From a virus (Duplodnaviria; Caudoviricetes): a stretch of 56,973 bases of DNA. Both the position numbers and the translations under genes were made by a program. The notes under the pieces are model-generated. The model did not search any database. It had not been told where the DNA came from and was given only the letters and a program-made list of their open reading frames with translations. Below are positions 56,166-56,973 of this stretch, piece by piece. The stretch is taken from IMG/VR virus record IMGVR_UViG_3300001914_000007, positions 1 to 56,973 of that record. One strand, given 5' to 3'. Each line of letters begins with the position of its first letter. The first letter of the stretch is position 1.

Positions 56166-56444
56166 ATGCACCCGACTTCGATAGCAATCCAAGGCATAAT
56201 CAAGGCGACTCCCGGCTATAGCCTTGACGTGCTTGCGGTGGACCTCGGAATTAAGAAGCCGGAGGACAGCGAAGACCGCTTGCTTACAAATAACGAAGCG
56301 GCGGCATATCTCAATGTTTCGACTCGATGGCTCTACGAGTTGAGAAAAAGCGGAAAGCTTCCGGCCTACATTCAAGGTTCGGAAGTGAGATTTAAGAAAT
56401 CAGAATTGGACAATGTTTTCAAAAGAGAAAGGCAGGGAAAATGA
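56166..56444 (+). CDS. Excisionase-like HTH protein
   Basis: LLTNNEAAAYLNVSTRWLY..RKSGKLP....VRFKKSELD. Confidence 0.8.
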   Translation: MHPTSIAIQGIIKATPGYSLDVLAVDLGIKKPEDSEDRLLTNNEAAAYLNVSTRWLYELRKSGKLPAYIQGSEVRFKKSELDNVFKRERQGK

Positions 56445-56618
56445 CCGAGTTAACGATGAAGGAACACGGGGAAAAGCTTCTTGAAAAAGAGCGCGAATTG
56501 TGGGACGAACAGATAACCGCCGCAGGGAAAAAGCTGCTCTGGTTTTTTTCTGGCTGTTTGGTAACAGCAATCGTCATGTTCGCAATATCGATGTTTTAAC
56601 AAAAAAGGGGAAACGGAA

Positions 56619-56973
56619 ATGGTAATTATCAATACACAGGAAGAAGCAAATAAATTTCTTGATCCTGATGGGAACCTCAAAGTTGAAGGCTCCATTGAAA
56701 TAAACTGTAACCTCAAAATTAAGGGGTATATCGAAGCTGGCGGGTATATCAAAGCTGGCGGGTCTATCAAAGTTGGCTGGTATATCGAAGCTGGCGAGTA
56801 TATCGAAGCTGGCGAGTATATCGAAGCTGGCTGGTCTATCGAAGTTGGCGAGTCTATCGAAGCTGGCGAGTATATCAAAGCTGGCTGGTCTATCGAAGTT
56901 GGCGAGTCTATCGAAGCTGGCGAGTATATCAAAGCTGGCGGGTCTATCAAAGTTGGCGAGTCTATCAAAGCTG
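56619..56973 (+). CDS. N-terminal part of hexapeptide-repeat protein (continues at 1..440)
   Basis: AAGGGG RBS, ATG 56619, open to contig end. Confidence 0.8.
   Translation, partial: MVIINTQEEANKFLDPDGNLKVEGSIEINCNLKIKGYIEAGGYIKAGGSIKVGWYIEAGEYIEAGEYIEAGWSIEVGESIEAGEYIKAGWSIEVGESIEAGEYIKAGGSIKVGESIKA
56724..56973 (+). repeat. 18-bp tandem repeat (~20 units across the junction)
   Basis: Direct reading; a 54-bp higher-order unit recurs three times. Confidence 0.95.

Larger units (their letters stand above)
1..56973. mobile_element. Complete circular temperate podovirus-like phage genome (excised form)
   Basis: 45-nt terminal identity (1-45 = 56929-56973); integrase plus attP, repressor/cro switch, terminase, portal, capsid and ejection proteins; no tape-measure or sheath gene recognised; no host genes. 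Confidence 0.93.

Noticed and set aside
56450-56968. 172-aa minus-strand ORF
   Set aside because: Antisense shadow of the 18-bp repeat gene
56724-56973. CRISPR array
   Set aside because: Contiguous 18-bp coding units with no unique spacers; no cas genes
1-56973. Stop-codon reassignment
   Set aside because: Core genes are full length and densely packed under the standard bacterial code

Overview
This window is an apparently complete ~56.9 kb circular genome of a temperate, podovirus-like phage. The first and last 45 nt are identical and one ORF reads through the junction. An intact attP (3' half of tRNA-Pro-UGG) next to a tyrosine integrase shows it is the excised form. The + strand carries a long early operon (cro-like gene, two antirepressors, recombination, replication initiator plus DnaC-like loader, three methyltransferases, a dense accessory-gene array) ending in the terminase genes. 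The - strand carries the virion module (portal, scaffold, capsid, tail, ejection proteins including a ~2,540-aa polyvalent protein) and a lysogeny block (repressor, three-gene HicA-like toxin module). Main observations: (1) the putative antitoxin of the toxin module has a gapless ~40%-identical orphan paralogue, and a second diverged one, in the early operon, suggesting a defence plus self-immunity system; (2) the iterons inside the replication gene recur as a larger non-coding array beside attP; (3) two intergenic elements share a covarying hairpin-plus-pseudoknot fold; (4) the accessory array shows shared start/stop junctions, a 32-bp converted patch and genes with deleted interiors; (5) a Tad1-like sponge gene is present. 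All protein assignments come from motif recognition by eye, with no database searches.
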